From the NCBI RefSeq assembly GCF_003072485.1, contig NZ_CP025989.1:480001-512000 (forward strand): DNA of 32,000 nt, read 5' to 3'. The position numbers were made by a program, and so were the translations under genes. The notes beneath the pieces were generated by a model. It was not told the DNA's origin, ran no database searches, and saw only the letters and a list, made by a program, of their open reading frames with translations. Origin of the DNA: Candidatus Fokinia solitaria. Its GTDB lineage: Bacteria > Pseudomonadota > Alphaproteobacteria > Rickettsiales > Midichloriaceae. This document shows, piece after piece, positions 1-9,914 of this stretch. How positions within the stretch are numbered: the stretch's first letter is position 1; each line of letters opens with the position of its first letter.

Positions 1-108
1 GACTCTTAAAAGGCAAGAAACGAATGTAACGAGTCATTAAAACAAGAAGAACACATACATAACTTAGCCATCAAACATAAATAAAAGCAGCCTAAAAGAT
101 ATACTTCG

Positions 109-183
109 TGGTGCCAAAGATAGGAATTGAACCTACGACCTACTGATTACGAATCAGTTGCACTACCACTGTGCTACTTTGGC
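109..183 (-). tRNA. tRNA-Thr (anticodon CGU), 3' CCA encoded
   Basis: The reverse complement GCCAAAG-TA-GCAC-AGTGGTA-GTGC-A-ACTGA-TTCGTAA-TCAGT-AGGTC-GTAGG-TTCAATT-CCTAT-CTTTGGC-A-CCA folds as a full cloverleaf with anticodon CGT. Confidence 0.96.
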
Positions 184-184
184 A

Positions 185-934
185 CTAATCTCTCCTTCCG
201 CTTACAAATCTAAGAAGCTGCAGCACATTAATGAAGAGATTGATGAAATCCATATATAACGTCATAGCACCATAAACTGCAACTTTTTCCGTCATCGCAG
301 AATCTTCTCCTCCAAGTACATAGTATGTATCTCTTACTCTTTGAGTGTCGTATGCTATCATGATAGTGAATACTAACACACCGACAGCAGATAAAACATA
401 GTACATCGCAGAGCTTTGTAAAAAGATGTTTATGACAGATGCAATTACCATTCCAATTAATCCCATTACTGCAAACGAACCGATACCGGAAAGATCACTC
501 TTCGTAGTATATCCGTATATACTCATTCCTCCAAACATTCCAGTAGTGATGATAGCTGCGCGCATCGCTAAATCAACGCCGGAGGCAATGCTAATTATTG
601 AGACAGAAACTCCTATAGAAGCTGCTAATAGCCACAACATAGTACGCACCTGAGAATGCGACATTGTCATAAATTTCGCGCTACTATACCAACCTATTGC
701 GAGAGGAGCAAACATAAACACCATATAAAGTGGAGTGCCAAACAGCAACCGCTGCAAAGGCGGAAGCAACATGATGAGAAAAGCAACAAAAGCCGTGATC
801 CCTAAAGAAATAGCCATATCGCGATATACCTTTATCATATATGCGCGCAATCCTACATCATAAGTGACAGAACTTGCATGAGAGCTTCTAGCATTCTCTA
901 CATTTGCATAGTAGCGCTTTTCATAACGACTCAT
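185..934 (-). CDS. Bax inhibitor-1/YccA (TMBIM) family membrane protein
   Basis: 249-aa ORF with about seven hydrophobic segments. It has TMBIM-like features (N-terminal 'YMxKVYRDMAISLGITAF', C-terminal 'AYDTQRVRDTYY' and 'GAMTLYMDFINLFINVLQLL'). Confidence 0.9.
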   Translation of the reverse strand: MSRYEKRYYANVENARSSHASSVTYDVGLRAYMIKVYRDMAISLGITAFVAFLIMLLPPLQRLLFGTPLYMVFMFAPLAIGWYSSAKFMTMSHSQVRTMLWLLAASIGVSVSIISIASGVDLAMRAAIITTGMFGGMSIYGYTTKSDLSGIGSFAVMGLIGMVIASVINIFLQSSAMYYVLSAVGVLVFTIMIAYDTQRVRDTYYVLGGEDSAMTEKVAVYGAMTLYMDFINLFINVLQLLRFVSGRRD

Positions 935-1123
935 TGTTTTGGCAAAAATATTAAATGTTTTTACAAGTTGATGTTAACATATTACATACAGGAAAAAAAG
1001 AAGATTAGACAATTTAGATCGATAAATCTCATTCATCATCGAAAATCAACATAACATACATTTGTATTTCATGAGATTAACTTCTGAATGTAGAAAATAC
1101 TTATACGTTCATATATACATAAA

Positions 1124-1741
1124 GTGGAGGAATTCAAAAAGCGCTTAATGCACAAGATTATCAAATCCATACCGAACTTTATCACTCTGCTTCGTATACT
1201 GTTCATACCAGTTTTAGTAATGTCATTTTACATACCTGGAACAATAGGATGTTACACTGCTACTGCGATATTCATATTCGTCAGTATTACAGACTTAGTA
1301 GATGGTTACTTAGCGCGTACGCTAAAATCTCAAAGTAACTTCGGCAGAGTATTCGATCCAGTAGCGGATAAAATGTTGATCGCGGCTGTTTTATTAATGA
1401 TAGCAGAGCAAAAAATAGTGCCTACACCACTAATAGTGATAATACTATGTCGAGAGATGTTTGTATCAGGTATGAGAGAGTACTTAGCAGTGATGCACGT
1501 TGAAATATCTGTCAAACTACTCGGGAAAGTAAAGACTTGTGTACAGATGGTAGCTATAACATTTCTATTGCTTTCTAGGGAACACTTAGTGAGAGAAGAA
1601 GTTAGTATCGCAATTGGATTTGATGTATATTTTGCCGGAGAATACTTGATGTGGAGTGCGGCATTTCTGACGTTAATTTCAGGACTCGCATATCTAATGG
1701 AAGGGATGAAAAAACTGAATGAATATAATAATATTAAGTAG
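1124..1741 (+). CDS. pgsA: CDP-diacylglycerol--glycerol-3-phosphate 3-phosphatidyltransferase
   Basis: CDP-alcohol phosphatidyltransferase motif 'DGYLARTLKSQSNFGRVFDPVADK' in a multi-helix membrane protein. The start is uncertain: GTG at 1124 or in-frame ATG at 1148. Confidence 0.9.
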   Translation: MEEFKKRLMHKIIKSIPNFITLLRILFIPVLVMSFYIPGTIGCYTATAIFIFVSITDLVDGYLARTLKSQSNFGRVFDPVADKMLIAAVLLMIAEQKIVPTPLIVIILCREMFVSGMREYLAVMHVEISVKLLGKVKTCVQMVAITFLLLSREHLVREEVSIAIGFDVYFAGEYLMWSAAFLTLISGLAYLMEGMKKLNEYNNIK

Positions 1742-2207
1742 CAACTTCGCGCCGTCTGATGAGAGTAGTATTCGCCATTGCAAAGGGATATTGATCACTC
1801 ATGGACAAGGATGTATGAAACTCTTCTGTAAATTTAGTACTGCTACTCCAAAACGGCGCTCCTCTTTCGTTTTGTAAAATCTCCATATCTTTAAATTTCA
1901 AGTGAACGCAGATGCCACAACCTAAAGCTTTTGAATATGACTCTTTCGCTGCAAATCTTTTTGCAATATAGCTTGCAATATCTATTATTACATTTCGACC
2001 GCTCAGTTCGTCAGAATCTATTGTAAATATGAAACCTTTTCTTACATATTTCTGATATTTATTGAAAAAGCATTCTATCTCTTTCTTCGTGAAAATCCTA
2101 TTGAGAAACTTCATACCATTCTCAGAAATTATCCTCTCCACTCTGTGTATATTCACTATATCCACCCCTACTCCTATATATGAAGGTAAAAATGACACGT
2201 CTGTCAT
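1734..2207 (-). CDS. acpS: Holo-[acyl-carrier-protein] synthase
   Basis: Motifs 'GVGVDIVNIHRVER', 'AKRFAAKESYSKALGCG' and 'LSMSD'. The 3' end overlaps pgsA by 8 bp. Confidence 0.85.
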   Translation of the reverse strand: MTDVSFLPSYIGVGVDIVNIHRVERIISENGMKFLNRIFTKKEIECFFNKYQKYVRKGFIFTIDSDELSGRNVIIDIASYIAKRFAAKESYSKALGCGICVHLKFKDMEILQNERGAPFWSSSTKFTEEFHTSLSMSDQYPFAMANTTLIRRREVAT

Positions 2208-3364
2208 CGCCCTGTGCGAATGAAAGTTCTAATACGGTTTATTATTATGGCTTCTTCATTGACTTTTGCAATAGCGATGTGAGTTTTGCTATTATCAGAT
2301 GAAATTAAAGTTGAATTCTTTTCATTCGTCGAATCGTCCAATGAAAGTCCAAAAATAGACAATGCATCTATAATTCTTTTTCTTATATAAAATGAATTTT
2401 CACCAACGCCTCCGGAAAAAGTTAATACATCTACTCCTCCTAAAACTGTGATAAGTCCAGCAATCTCTTTTACTATTTTATAAAGAAACACCTCTATCGC
2501 AAACTTAGCGCTTTCTGCATCGCTACTCAGAAGCTTCCTCATATCATTACTAATACCAGATATAGCTTTTAATCCTGATTCTTTATTCAGAATGTAGTGC
2601 ATCTCAGTAGCAGAAATTTTGTACATCTCCTGTATAAGTAGCGGTATTGCAGGATCGACTTCTCCACATCTTGTACCCATCATACATCCTTCCACAGGCG
2701 TTGTGCCCATCGTTGTGTCAACACTTCTACCATCATTGATTGCACAAGCACTTACTCCACTACCAATATGAACAGCAACTATTCTAGAATGAACCTTATG
2801 AGGAAGTATATTAGAGATGCTTTCCATCACGCTTTCATAAGCAATACCATGAAAGCCATATTTTATCATGCCATCTTTAGTATACTGCTGTGGTATACCA
2901 TATACCCTTCTATGCATAGGGATCGTTCTGTGAAATCCAGTATCAAAGTACGCATATTGCAGTATATTAGAATGCTTTAACTTCTCCATATTTTCTAATA
3001 CATATGGCTGATGTAAAGGGCCAAATTTTACAAGATTTTTGATTTTTTGCAGCACTTCGGTATCGACAGATAATAAATCGTACATTTCGGTGCCTCCATG
3101 CAACACTCTATGACCTATTGCGATAAGCCTTGCATTATAATGTTCTTTTATATATTCAACGCAAAAATTTATTGCTTCTGTACCATTCTTAATCTCTACA
3201 TCGCGTACAGATTTATCGTCTTTTACTAAACATACAGCACTGTTTAGCAGAAAATCTACATGTATTACTACATCCGTTCCTTTACCTTTATCCAGTGGGC
3301 TCGCTGTAACTTTTAAACTGGAAGAACCACCATTAGCGACAAGAATGTAATCTACCATTATCAA
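2204..3364 (-). CDS. ackA: Acetate kinase
   Basis: Motifs 'ANGGSSSLK', 'GHRVLHGG', 'FDTGFH', 'YGFHG', 'VEGCMMGTRCGEVDP' and 'SGGVGENS' match the acetate kinase (ASKHA) family. Confidence 0.9.
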   Translation of the reverse strand: MIMVDYILVANGGSSSLKVTASPLDKGKGTDVVIHVDFLLNSAVCLVKDDKSVRDVEIKNGTEAINFCVEYIKEHYNARLIAIGHRVLHGGTEMYDLLSVDTEVLQKIKNLVKFGPLHQPYVLENMEKLKHSNILQYAYFDTGFHRTIPMHRRVYGIPQQYTKDGMIKYGFHGIAYESVMESISNILPHKVHSRIVAVHIGSGVSACAINDGRSVDTTMGTTPVEGCMMGTRCGEVDPAIPLLIQEMYKISATEMHYILNKESGLKAISGISNDMRKLLSSDAESAKFAIEVFLYKIVKEIAGLITVLGGVDVLTFSGGVGENSFYIRKRIIDALSIFGLSLDDSTNEKNSTLISSDNSKTHIAIAKVNEEAIIINRIRTFIRTGR

Positions 3365-3405
3365 AACAAAAATGACGTATAAAACTATTATAGCGAAATT
3401 TATTT

Positions 3406-4875
3406 TTATATGTCACTTTCTTTTAATTTCTTTAATAAAAGTTCATTAATCTTAGTAGGATTTCCTTTTCCTTTAGATTTTTGCATCACTTTTCCAACAA
3501 AATATCCAAACAACTTTTCTTCACCGTTTCGATATCTATTTACTTCATTTTTGTTTTCTTCAAGCATAACGTCAATCATCTGCGTAAGCTCTTCCTCATC
3601 AGAAACTTGACTAAGATCCATCGCATCAACTACATAAGATGGTTCTTTACGATAGTACTGAGAATTAATATCGCATATTTCATTTACTACATTCTTTGCA
3701 GCACTGAATGAAATCATACCCCTCTCTATCATTATACATAACTCCGACAACATTTTCGCAGTTAAGCCTAATTCTTTCGTGGAGATTTTATACTTTTCAA
3801 TAATTCTAAATAACTCACACGTGACAATATTTGCAATACTTTGTGAAAGATGAATATGCTCCGATATTGCTTCGTCAAAATACTTCGCGATAGATGGCTC
3901 AGAAGCTATGATTGCAGCTTCAGCTTCTCTTATTTTCAATTGCGTAACATATCTCACCATCTTTTCCATAGGAAGTTCTGGAATAGTCATTTTTATCTTT
4001 TCTATAATCTCTTCCCTTATATATATCGGCATTAAATCCGGATCTTTGATATATCTGTAATCCGCTACATCTTCCTTAGAACGAATTGGTACTGTCACTC
4101 CGTTAAACAGCATCGTTTCATTTGATATCACTCCTCCGTTTTGAATAATCTCGATCTGCCTTCCAGCTTCATAATCAATCGCATCAGCTATACTTTTAGT
4201 AGAGTTCAAATTTTTTATCTCAACTCTCGTACCATACTTTTCATCTCCTTTCTTTCTCACGGAAATATTCACATCACAACGCATATCTCCGTTTTCCATG
4301 TTACCATTACAAACTTCAGTACATATTAGAATTGCTCTGAGATTTTTAAAACATTCTACTGCCTCCTTTTTAGATCTTATATCAGGCTTTGTAACAATCT
4401 CTATAAGCGCTGTACCACATCTATTAAAATCTACATATGTAGTAGAATCTCCATGTACGCATTTAGCCGCATCTTGCTCAATGTGAAGCTCATTTACTGC
4501 AATGTCTTTCTTCACACCATCTACAACAATGCTAATTTTCCCTCCTGTAACTATTTGAACGGATTGAGTAATTTGATACCCCTGCGGTAAATCAGGATAA
4601 AAGTAATGCTTTCTATCCCATGATGAAATAGTACTAACCTTTCCGTTTAGCGCCAGTCCTGCCTTTATAGCTTGCTGAATGCAATCAAAGTTTGGTATCG
4701 GTAATACGCCTGGAAGCGCTATATCATGCCAGCTTGTATTACTATTCGGCGCAACATTGGTACTACTCTCTGAAGCAGAAACAGAATCTGAAAAAAGCTT
4801 CTGCTTCGATATCAGTTGCGCATGTACTTCAAGCCCTATAACCAATTCCCAGTCACCGTACTGAAATTCTATCAT
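3406..4875 (-). CDS. gatB: Aspartyl/glutamyl-tRNA(Asn/Gln) amidotransferase subunit B
   Basis: 489-aa ORF with GatB hallmarks 'WELVIGLEVHAQL', 'LPGVLPIPN', 'KHYFYPDLPQGYQITQ', 'DVNISVR' and 'RIEIKNLNS', plus a C-terminal YqeY-like domain. Confidence 0.96.
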   Translation of the reverse strand: MIEFQYGDWELVIGLEVHAQLISKQKLFSDSVSASESSTNVAPNSNTSWHDIALPGVLPIPNFDCIQQAIKAGLALNGKVSTISSWDRKHYFYPDLPQGYQITQSVQIVTGGKISIVVDGVKKDIAVNELHIEQDAAKCVHGDSTTYVDFNRCGTALIEIVTKPDIRSKKEAVECFKNLRAILICTEVCNGNMENGDMRCDVNISVRKKGDEKYGTRVEIKNLNSTKSIADAIDYEAGRQIEIIQNGGVISNETMLFNGVTVPIRSKEDVADYRYIKDPDLMPIYIREEIIEKIKMTIPELPMEKMVRYVTQLKIREAEAAIIASEPSIAKYFDEAISEHIHLSQSIANIVTCELFRIIEKYKISTKELGLTAKMLSELCIMIERGMISFSAAKNVVNEICDINSQYYRKEPSYVVDAMDLSQVSDEEELTQMIDVMLEENKNEVNRYRNGEEKLFGYFVGKVMQKSKGKGNPTKINELLLKKLKESDI

Positions 4876-4915
4876 CTTTGCAATAATTCTACATTTTATA
4901 TATAAGTAGTGAGTA

Positions 4916-5374
4916 GTGTTAAGTACAAATTCTACAAAATCAATGATTTACGATACAAATTGGATCAAAAGTAAGCTACCACATAGATATCCTTTTCTAT
5001 TAGTGGATAGAATTTTAGAGATTTCTGAGAACAGTATAAGAGGATTGAAAAATTTTACTGTTAATGAATATTTCTTCTCTGGACACTTTCCTGAAAAAGC
5101 GATAGTACCTGGAGTACTTTTGGTAGAGGCAATGGCACAAGTCGCAGGAATACTGATATCTCATAAAAGTAATGATACTGAAAATCTAGGTTTCTTGGTA
5201 AATATAGAAAATGCCACATTTAAACAAATGGTTACACCTGGCGATTCAGTTGTATTAGAAGCGACAGTTGATAGATGTAGAGGTAATTTTTGGAAATTTC
5301 ACTGCTTTGCAAAGATTGAGAAGGATGACGTAGCATCTGCAAAAATCGCTCTCATGATGAGTAAAGCGCAATAA
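4916..5374 (+). CDS. fabZ: 3-hydroxyacyl-[acyl-carrier-protein] dehydratase FabZ
   Basis: Motifs 'LPHRYPFLLVDR', 'GLKNFTVNEYFFSGHFPEKAIVPGVLLVEAMAQVAG'. GTG start as annotated; a downstream start is possible. Confidence 0.94.
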   Translation: MLSTNSTKSMIYDTNWIKSKLPHRYPFLLVDRILEISENSIRGLKNFTVNEYFFSGHFPEKAIVPGVLLVEAMAQVAGILISHKSNDTENLGFLVNIENATFKQMVTPGDSVVLEATVDRCRGNFWKFHCFAKIEKDDVASAKIALMMSKAQ

Positions 5375-5376
5375 TA

Positions 5377-6078
5377 TCAAGATTTAGTACAACTATATAT
5401 TGCGCATATATTATTCATTACCTCACATTTTACGTCGCATCCACCGCATCTTGCTAAAGTATCTAACATCCATTCTTTTGCTATAAAGTTCGTTATGCTA
5501 TCAGCAAGATAACGGTAAGCATCATAATTATTCGCAAAGACTTTACCTAATACTGGTATGATATAACGCAAATAATGCTCATAAGTAGCCATCAAGACAG
5601 AAGATTTTTCATATCGCGGATTGAGAAATTCCATAAAGAGGATTTTACCTCCACTTTTTACTACTTTGAAGGAATTTGATACAGTATCTGCAAAATTACT
5701 ACTATTTCTTAAACCAAATGCATTTGAATAGAAGTCAAACTGTTCATCAACATTTAAATCGGTAGAATCTCCTAATTGCCACTTCATACGCTCTAATAAG
5801 CGCATCTCATCAGAATCCAACACATCTGCAAGCCCTTTCTTCAGCATATCTTGATTATTATCAATCACCAGCACTCTCTCTCCTCCTTTTCTTAAGAATC
5901 TCTTAGCTATATCTCCTGTGCCTCCTGCAACATCGATGAGAGTTTTTCCCCTTACATCGGTAAAGCACGCGATGAATTTTCTACGCCACAATCGATGAAT
6001 ACCAAGTGACATGATATCATTCATCACAGAATATCTATCACTCACATCGCTGAAGACTTTCTTTACAAAGCTTTCCAT
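5377..6078 (-). CDS. ubiE: Ubiquinone/menaquinone biosynthesis C-methyltransferase (UbiE/COQ5 family)
   Basis: UbiE-like 'VFSDVSDRYSVMNDIMSLGIHRLWRR', SAM motif 'LIDVAGGTGDIAKRF' and 'NAFGLRNSSN'. Confidence 0.92.
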   Translation of the reverse strand: MESFVKKVFSDVSDRYSVMNDIMSLGIHRLWRRKFIACFTDVRGKTLIDVAGGTGDIAKRFLRKGGERVLVIDNNQDMLKKGLADVLDSDEMRLLERMKWQLGDSTDLNVDEQFDFYSNAFGLRNSSNFADTVSNSFKVVKSGGKILFMEFLNPRYEKSSVLMATYEHYLRYIIPVLGKVFANNYDAYRYLADSITNFIAKEWMLDTLARCGGCDVKCEVMNNICAIYSCTKS

Positions 6079-6200
6079 CGTTTTAACGAATCATTCTTTA
6101 TTATACCTCATTACAACGGAGTAACGTACGCAATAAGTACCGTTCAGTTCAGCATATTGAGGCATACAGCTTTTGCAAATATATTTTTTTTTGTTACGAT

Positions 6201-7130
6201 GTGATGGTGTTCAGCTCACTGCTTTATATGTCACTAAACTTAGATGCTAAAAACTCTCTCTTGATATCTGCCGTAATGGTAGGCACGTTCATGATATGCG
6301 AGTTCATTGCGAGTTCAATATCCGGTTCATTGATGTTGCTTGCTGATGCGACACATATGCTGACAGATTTATGCTCTCTTCTGATATCACTTATTTCTGA
6401 AAAAATATCGTTAAGATCAGCAGATCAGTATAGAACGTTCGGATATAGCAGAATTAAGGTAATAGCAGCTTTTGCAAACGGAATAATATTAATATGCTTA
6501 GCCGTTGCCATAATAAAGGAAGCAATATATGAAGTCATAACGCAAAAAAACGTCGAATATCTTGACGTTTCACTAATGATTACTACATCAACAATAGGAT
6601 TATCAGTCAATTGCTTTATATTTTTCATCCTTAAGAGAGCTAGCACTTTTAATTTAAATATAAAGGGCGCACTTTTTCATGTATTAGGAGATTTACTATC
6701 GTCGATAGCTGCTATTATAGGAGGATTACTGATATATTATACAAAAAATCCTATTTTTGATGCGGTAATCTCCATTGTGCTATCGATTAATATCACTGTC
6801 ATGACTATAGGGTTGTTAAAGGAATCGCTTCACATATTACTTGAAGGGAGGCCACAGCATGTACAGAATGAATGCGTAACAAATTCACTAATAAAGCACT
6901 TTCACTTAGTTGACGTTCATCATTTGCATATGTGGATGCTAAATGAAAATTATGTAATGTGCACAATGCATATTGTATTACCCTCCTCCGCGCAAGAAAC
7001 TTTTTTAGAAACAAAGCAAAATATAGTAACGGACGTGAAGGCATTTTTATTAAAACATCACAAAATACAACATGCAACTATTGAATTAGAATTGCAAGGG
7101 GAGAAATGTTCAGATACCGATGTTAGCTAA
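6201..7130 (+). CDS. Cation diffusion facilitator family transporter
   Basis: Six hydrophobic segments with paired 'HMLTD' and 'HVLGD' metal-site motifs and a C-terminal His-rich domain ('VHHLHMW'). Confidence 0.88.
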   Translation: MMVFSSLLYMSLNLDAKNSLLISAVMVGTFMICEFIASSISGSLMLLADATHMLTDLCSLLISLISEKISLRSADQYRTFGYSRIKVIAAFANGIILICLAVAIIKEAIYEVITQKNVEYLDVSLMITTSTIGLSVNCFIFFILKRASTFNLNIKGALFHVLGDLLSSIAAIIGGLLIYYTKNPIFDAVISIVLSINITVMTIGLLKESLHILLEGRPQHVQNECVTNSLIKHFHLVDVHHLHMWMLNENYVMCTMHIVLPSSAQETFLETKQNIVTDVKAFLLKHHKIQHATIELELQGEKCSDTDVS

Positions 7131-7135
7131 TTACC

Positions 7136-8023
7136 ATGAAAATAACATACGATCTTCCAAGTATAAAAGGAGAATATAAGTTTGATTTTGATTGTAGTAA
7201 AATATCATGGCTTCGCGTTGGAGGACGTGCTGATGTGCTATTCTCTCCATATGATGAGGAAGATTTACAACATTTTCTTCAACAAATATGCGGCAAAATA
7301 CCAATTACAATCATAGGCTTAGCTTCAAATATCTTAATAAGGGATAAAGGTATTAGAGGAGTAACAATAAGACTAGGGAAGAGATTTCGAGAAGTAACAA
7401 TGGATGATAGTACTGTCACTGTTGGATGTGCAGCTTCAGGTCTACAGCTTGCAAATTTCGGATTAGAAAATTCGATAGCAGATTTCGAATTTTTCTCAGG
7501 TATACCAGGCACTATCGGAGGCATGCTCGTCATGAATGCTGGCGCATTTGGAAATGATGTCTCAAAAATGCTAAAATCAGCTACATGTCTTAACTTAATG
7601 GGACAGAAAAAAGTGATAAACGTAGAAGAATTTGGCTATTCTTACAGAAGCAACTCTTTAAAAGAACAACATATCTTTGTCAAAGCATTATTTCATCGCA
7701 AACACGGCGCATATGAAGAGATTGCAAGAAAGATACAAGAAATCGGAAATACAAGAAAAATAACACAACCAAGCGCAAGAACTGCAGGTTCAACGTTTAA
7801 AAATCCAACAAATCATAAAGCGTGGGCTTTAATCAAAGCATGCAATACTCAGATGAGAGTTGGTAACGCGTACTTCTCTTCCCTACATTCAAATTTTATC
7901 GTCACAGAAGATGGCGCAACTGCGACAGATGTAGAAGCGCTGATATCACTTGCAAAAAATGCGGTAAAAGATAAATTCAACATAATGCTAAAAGAAGAAA
8001 TAGTTATATTAGGTGAAGAATAA
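7136..8023 (+). CDS. murB: UDP-N-acetylenolpyruvoylglucosamine reductase
   Basis: Motifs 'SWLRVGGRADVLFSP', 'GLASNILIRDKGIRG', 'FFSGIPGTIGGMLVMNAGAFG', 'YSYRSNS' and 'AGSTFKNP'. Confidence 0.96.
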   Translation: MKITYDLPSIKGEYKFDFDCSKISWLRVGGRADVLFSPYDEEDLQHFLQQICGKIPITIIGLASNILIRDKGIRGVTIRLGKRFREVTMDDSTVTVGCAASGLQLANFGLENSIADFEFFSGIPGTIGGMLVMNAGAFGNDVSKMLKSATCLNLMGQKKVINVEEFGYSYRSNSLKEQHIFVKALFHRKHGAYEEIARKIQEIGNTRKITQPSARTAGSTFKNPTNHKAWALIKACNTQMRVGNAYFSSLHSNFIVTEDGATATDVEALISLAKNAVKDKFNIMLKEEIVILGEE

Positions 8024-8074
8024 TCACTGACTTGTGACGAAAGTACTCTTGCATTATCATTCTTGTAAAAACTC

Positions 8075-9862
8075 TTGTATCACATGTATATCATCTTTTC
8101 TCGAGTATTTCGCGTTCTGCCACATCTTTTAGCATTATTGTTCGGAGTTTTAATAACTTCTTATGTTTATGCATCGATAGATAATGATATCGACGTGTCA
8201 TTTGAGAAAAAAGATGACTATATAGAGATTTCCTTTGATTCGAGTTTGCAATCCATTGCGCTATTTTCTCATCATAAAAGCGGTATCGGAAAAAATTTCG
8301 AGATTACTCTAGATAAAAGTAAAAGCTATAACGTAGATGCGATAGAAGTAACATGGCCTACTCCTCAGCATTCAACAAAACACATAAACGACATCGTCAT
8401 TCCATACTCATACTACACACTTCCGCTAAAAATCAAAATCAAATGTCATAAACTCAATCATTCAATATATGAATATGATACAGCTCTTGAATTGCGGTAC
8501 TCGTTTTGCACAAATGACATATGTAAAATAGAAAAACACGCAATCGTTATAGAACATCGAAGAAATGCTGATTTAATTACAGTAATATTCATATGCATTG
8601 GTGCTTTTATAAGCGGGCTCTTACTCAATTGCATGCCATGCGTACTACCAGTAATTTCAATCAAGATATCATCTCTCTTTAAGTATTCATCATACAGCAA
8701 AAAAGCACTTGCGCTTCATATAACAGCAATATCATGCGGAGTACTAACGGTATTTGCAAGCATCGGTATAATGACAATATTTCTAAAGTATTGCGGACTT
8801 TCTTTTGGATGGGGGATGCATTTTCAATCTCCAATATTCGTAATATTTCTCGCTCTGATAATGATGTACTTCGCAAATAAATCTCTTAATCAGAATAGCT
8901 ATATTATGATACCACCATTCATCAATAGCATAGTTAATAAATTCTCCGCTTTGAAAAATGAGTATTTCTTAAGTTTTTCATTCGGCCTAAGTACCACATT
9001 ATTGGCAATTCCCTGCGCAGGACCGCTTCTTGCTCCAGCCATAGCATTCTCTATGAGTCAAGGATATATCTTTATAATAGCAATTCACGTAATCGTCGGC
9101 TTAGGAGTAGCTTCTCCATACGTTATACTGCTGTGCTTCTCGAGACTCGTGAAGTTCATACCTAGAAGCAGTATTGTATCGGAAGGTATAATTCTGTTTT
9201 TGACACTTCCTATTATAATAACTTACTGTTGGTTACTCTACATATTAGCGCGGCAAGTAAGCTATATATCGTACTCGATTATAATGTGCTCGATGTTGCT
9301 GCTACAAATATCACTTGCGAGAAAAACAATATATAAAATAGCAAGGATAATAAAAATCAAATACACGCAATATCAGAAACAGGAAAAATATAAGATACTG
9401 TACTACGCCATCTGGGTCACGCTACCAGTATCACGAGGTTGGCTTCATGTATCACACTCAATTATGAAGGGGATAATGTTGATATTACCCCTAGCATGCG
9501 TGCTTCATTGCGCAATTAGTAATCATATAATAATTGGTCTCAGTAAAAACGATATAGAATTACAAATACAGGAAAAGCAGCAAAACTATCAATCCATACT
9601 TGTGAATGTCACAGCAGATTGGTGTATTACCTGTAAAATCAACAAAATAGCAATCGATGAATTTATGAAGAAATACAGTAGTACTATAGGATTGGTAGAA
9701 CTGGATTATACGAATAAATCAGAAGGAATTTCGCACTACTTAGCAGAACATCATAGTAATGGTATACCATTGACTGTACTATATAGAAAAAACGGAACAA
9801 AGCTAATACTACCAACTATCATTACGGATAAAATTTTATTAAAAATTATAAAGGAAAATTGA
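8075..9862 (+). CDS. Protein-disulfide reductase, DsbD family (DsbD/ScsB-like)
   Basis: N-terminal signal-like segment and periplasmic domain, polytopic membrane domain with 'NCMPCVLPV' and 'PCAGPLLAPAI', and a C-terminal thioredoxin-like domain with 'VTADWCITCKINK' (CxxC). Confidence 0.88.
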   Translation: MYHMYIIFSRVFRVLPHLLALLFGVLITSYVYASIDNDIDVSFEKKDDYIEISFDSSLQSIALFSHHKSGIGKNFEITLDKSKSYNVDAIEVTWPTPQHSTKHINDIVIPYSYYTLPLKIKIKCHKLNHSIYEYDTALELRYSFCTNDICKIEKHAIVIEHRRNADLITVIFICIGAFISGLLLNCMPCVLPVISIKISSLFKYSSYSKKALALHITAISCGVLTVFASIGIMTIFLKYCGLSFGWGMHFQSPIFVIFLALIMMYFANKSLNQNSYIMIPPFINSIVNKFSALKNEYFLSFSFGLSTTLLAIPCAGPLLAPAIAFSMSQGYIFIIAIHVIVGLGVASPYVILLCFSRLVKFIPRSSIVSEGIILFLTLPIIITYCWLLYILARQVSYISYSIIMCSMLLLQISLARKTIYKIARIIKIKYTQYQKQEKYKILYYAIWVTLPVSRGWLHVSHSIMKGIMLILPLACVLHCAISNHIIIGLSKNDIELQIQEKQQNYQSILVNVTADWCITCKINKIAIDEFMKKYSSTIGLVELDYTNKSEGISHYLAEHHSNGIPLTVLYRKNGTKLILPTIITDKILLKIIKEN

Positions 9863-9914
9863 TTTCGGGTGAAAAATCGCTTACAATCCATAAAAGGAAT
9901 TGCAAGAATGAAAG

